A stretch of DNA of 64,000 nt, from contig OZ245033.1 of the NCBI GenBank assembly GCA_965224025.1, forward strand, positions 1,760,001-1,824,000, written 5' to 3'. The translations under genes and the position numbers were made by a program. Of the stretch, positions 62,576 through 64,000 are shown piece after piece. A model generated the notes under the pieces. The model did not search any database, was not told the origin of the DNA, and was given only the letters and a program-made list of their open reading frames with translations. Position 1 is the stretch's first letter; the number at the start of each line of letters is the position of its first letter. Source of the stretch: Candidatus Multivorans sp. (GTDB lineage: Bacteria; Acidobacteriota; Thermoanaerobaculia; Multivoradales; Multivoraceae).

Positions 62576-63939
62576 GGTTGCGGCTTCAGGCTGCCGTCTG
62601 CGGCCTGCTGGCCGCGGCGTCCGCCTGGAGCCAGGTCCAGGAGCCGGCGTCCGGCCAACCGCCGGCTCGGCGCTGGACGACTCTCGAACGGCTCGCCCCC
62701 GACCGCCTCGCGGCCGCCCACGCCGAGGTCGAACGGCTGCGCGCCGCCGTCCAACCGCCGCCGCCCATCTTCGGCCTCAACGACTATCGCGGCGTGTTCC
62801 ACGCCCACGCCGGCGACTCGGATCACACCGGCGGCACACCGGAGGAGTTGCTCCGCGACGCGAAACGGATCGGCGTCGACGTGATCTTCCTCTCCGACCA
62901 CCACCGGCCGCCCCGCGACTTCATGGACAGTTGGCGCGGGATTCACGGCGGCGTCCTGTTCATCCCCGGTTCCGAGGCGCACGGCTTCCTGATCCACCCC
63001 GAGGCATCGGTCGCCGAGCACATGGGCAGGGACCCCGCGACCCTGCTCCGCCAGGTGAACCGCGGCGCCGGCATGGCCTTCCTCTCCCACGTCGAAGAGC
63101 GGGTCGAGCATCGGATGGAAGGCTTGACCGGCATGGAGATCTACAACCGCCACGCCGACGCCCTCGACGACGGCGACTCGATGCGTGCCCTGGTCGCCTG
63201 GACGATCGATCCCGGCCAGTCGCGCGTCCTGGCCCGGTCCGTCGAGCTCTATCCCGAAGCGGTGTTCGGCGCCCAGTTCGACTATCCCGCCCTCTACCTT
63301 GACAAGTGGGACCGCGAGACCGCCAACCGGCGGGTCGTCGGCGTCAACGCGAACGACTGCCACCACAACCAGGTCTTCCTCGTGATCAAGGTCGACGACG
63401 ACTCCGTCCGCGTCGGCACGATCGTCGACGACCCCGACGAGATGAGAGTCCTGACGACGGCTGACGCGCCCCGAATCCCCGAACTCGTGCGCGGCCACAA
63501 ACCCGGCGCCGTGGTTGGCCGCTACGACCTCGACCCCTACTGGGTCTCAATGCGCAACTCGACGACCCACATCCTCGCCCCGGAGCTCACCGAAGAGTCC
63601 ATCCGCACCGCCGTCGCCGCCGGCCACGTGTACGTCGCCCACGACTGGCTGGCCGACCCGACCGGCTTCTCCTTCTATATCGTTGAAGCCGGAGAGGCAG
63701 CCGCGATCATGGGCGACGAATGGACTCTGGAAGCCGACGCAACCACTGAACTCAAGGCCCACTTCCCCTTACCCGCAACCATCCGCCTCATCCGCAACGG
63801 CGAGGAGGTCGCCGTCACCGACGCCCGATCCTTCACCCACCGGCTCGACCAGCCCGGCGTCTACCGCATTGAAGGCTGGCTTGAAGTCGGCGGCGAAAGG
63901 CGGACGTGGATCTACTCGAATCCGGTGTATGTGAAGTAA
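62572..63939 (+). CDS. Secreted PHP-domain metallohydrolase
   Basis: GVFHAH; FLSDH; GSE; GMEIYN; ANDCH; C-terminal PGVYRIE...WIYSNPVYV; GTG start overlaps the upstream stop. Confidence 0.8.
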   Translation: MRLRLQAAVCGLLAAASAWSQVQEPASGQPPARRWTTLERLAPDRLAAAHAEVERLRAAVQPPPPIFGLNDYRGVFHAHAGDSDHTGGTPEELLRDAKRIGVDVIFLSDHHRPPRDFMDSWRGIHGGVLFIPGSEAHGFLIHPEASVAEHMGRDPATLLRQVNRGAGMAFLSHVEERVEHRMEGLTGMEIYNRHADALDDGDSMRALVAWTIDPGQSRVLARSVELYPEAVFGAQFDYPALYLDKWDRETANRRVVGVNANDCHHNQVFLVIKVDDDSVRVGTIVDDPDEMRVLTTADAPRIPELVRGHKPGAVVGRYDLDPYWVSMRNSTTHILAPELTEESIRTAVAAGHVYVAHDWLADPTGFSFYIVEAGEAAAIMGDEWTLEADATTELKAHFPLPATIRLIRNGEEVAVTDARSFTHRLDQPGVYRIEGWLEVGGERRTWIYSNPVYVK

Positions 63940-64000
63940 GGCGAGAGCCTCATCTGGACTGCCGCCCTCGGCGACCAAGCGCCCGGAACACCGCCGGCGG

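Overview
High-GC bacterial DNA. The gene content (acidobacterial VWFA-type protein, DUF5916/DUF6152-like and planctomycete-type cytochrome c genes) suggests Acidobacteriota; this is an inference. From left to right the window holds: an EEP/serine-hydrolase fusion; a PSD1/DUF1501/cytochrome c-WD40/PPC/DUF1549 module interrupted by a complete IS110 element; a decayed defence patch (orphan hsdR, higB remnant plus higA); metabolic and transport genes; and a SNF2 helicase. After that come an apparently undescribed peptide cluster at 43060-50323, a RelE-like/UvrD/TPR gene and several hydrolases. The peptide cluster encodes three precursors that each combine a Sec-type signal peptide, a double-glycine-type leader and a Cys-containing core. 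It also encodes a stand-alone exported C39 peptidase, a membrane-anchored CxxC thioredoxin, ABC permeases, an ATPase and a Yip1 protein. Two related, promoter-driven rod-like RNA candidates of about 135 nt lie in and just after this cluster. The IS110 bridge-RNA guides, core dinucleotide, circle-junction promoter and REP target can all be read from the sequence. About ten genes are truncated or internally deleted. All family calls come from motif recognition, not database searches.
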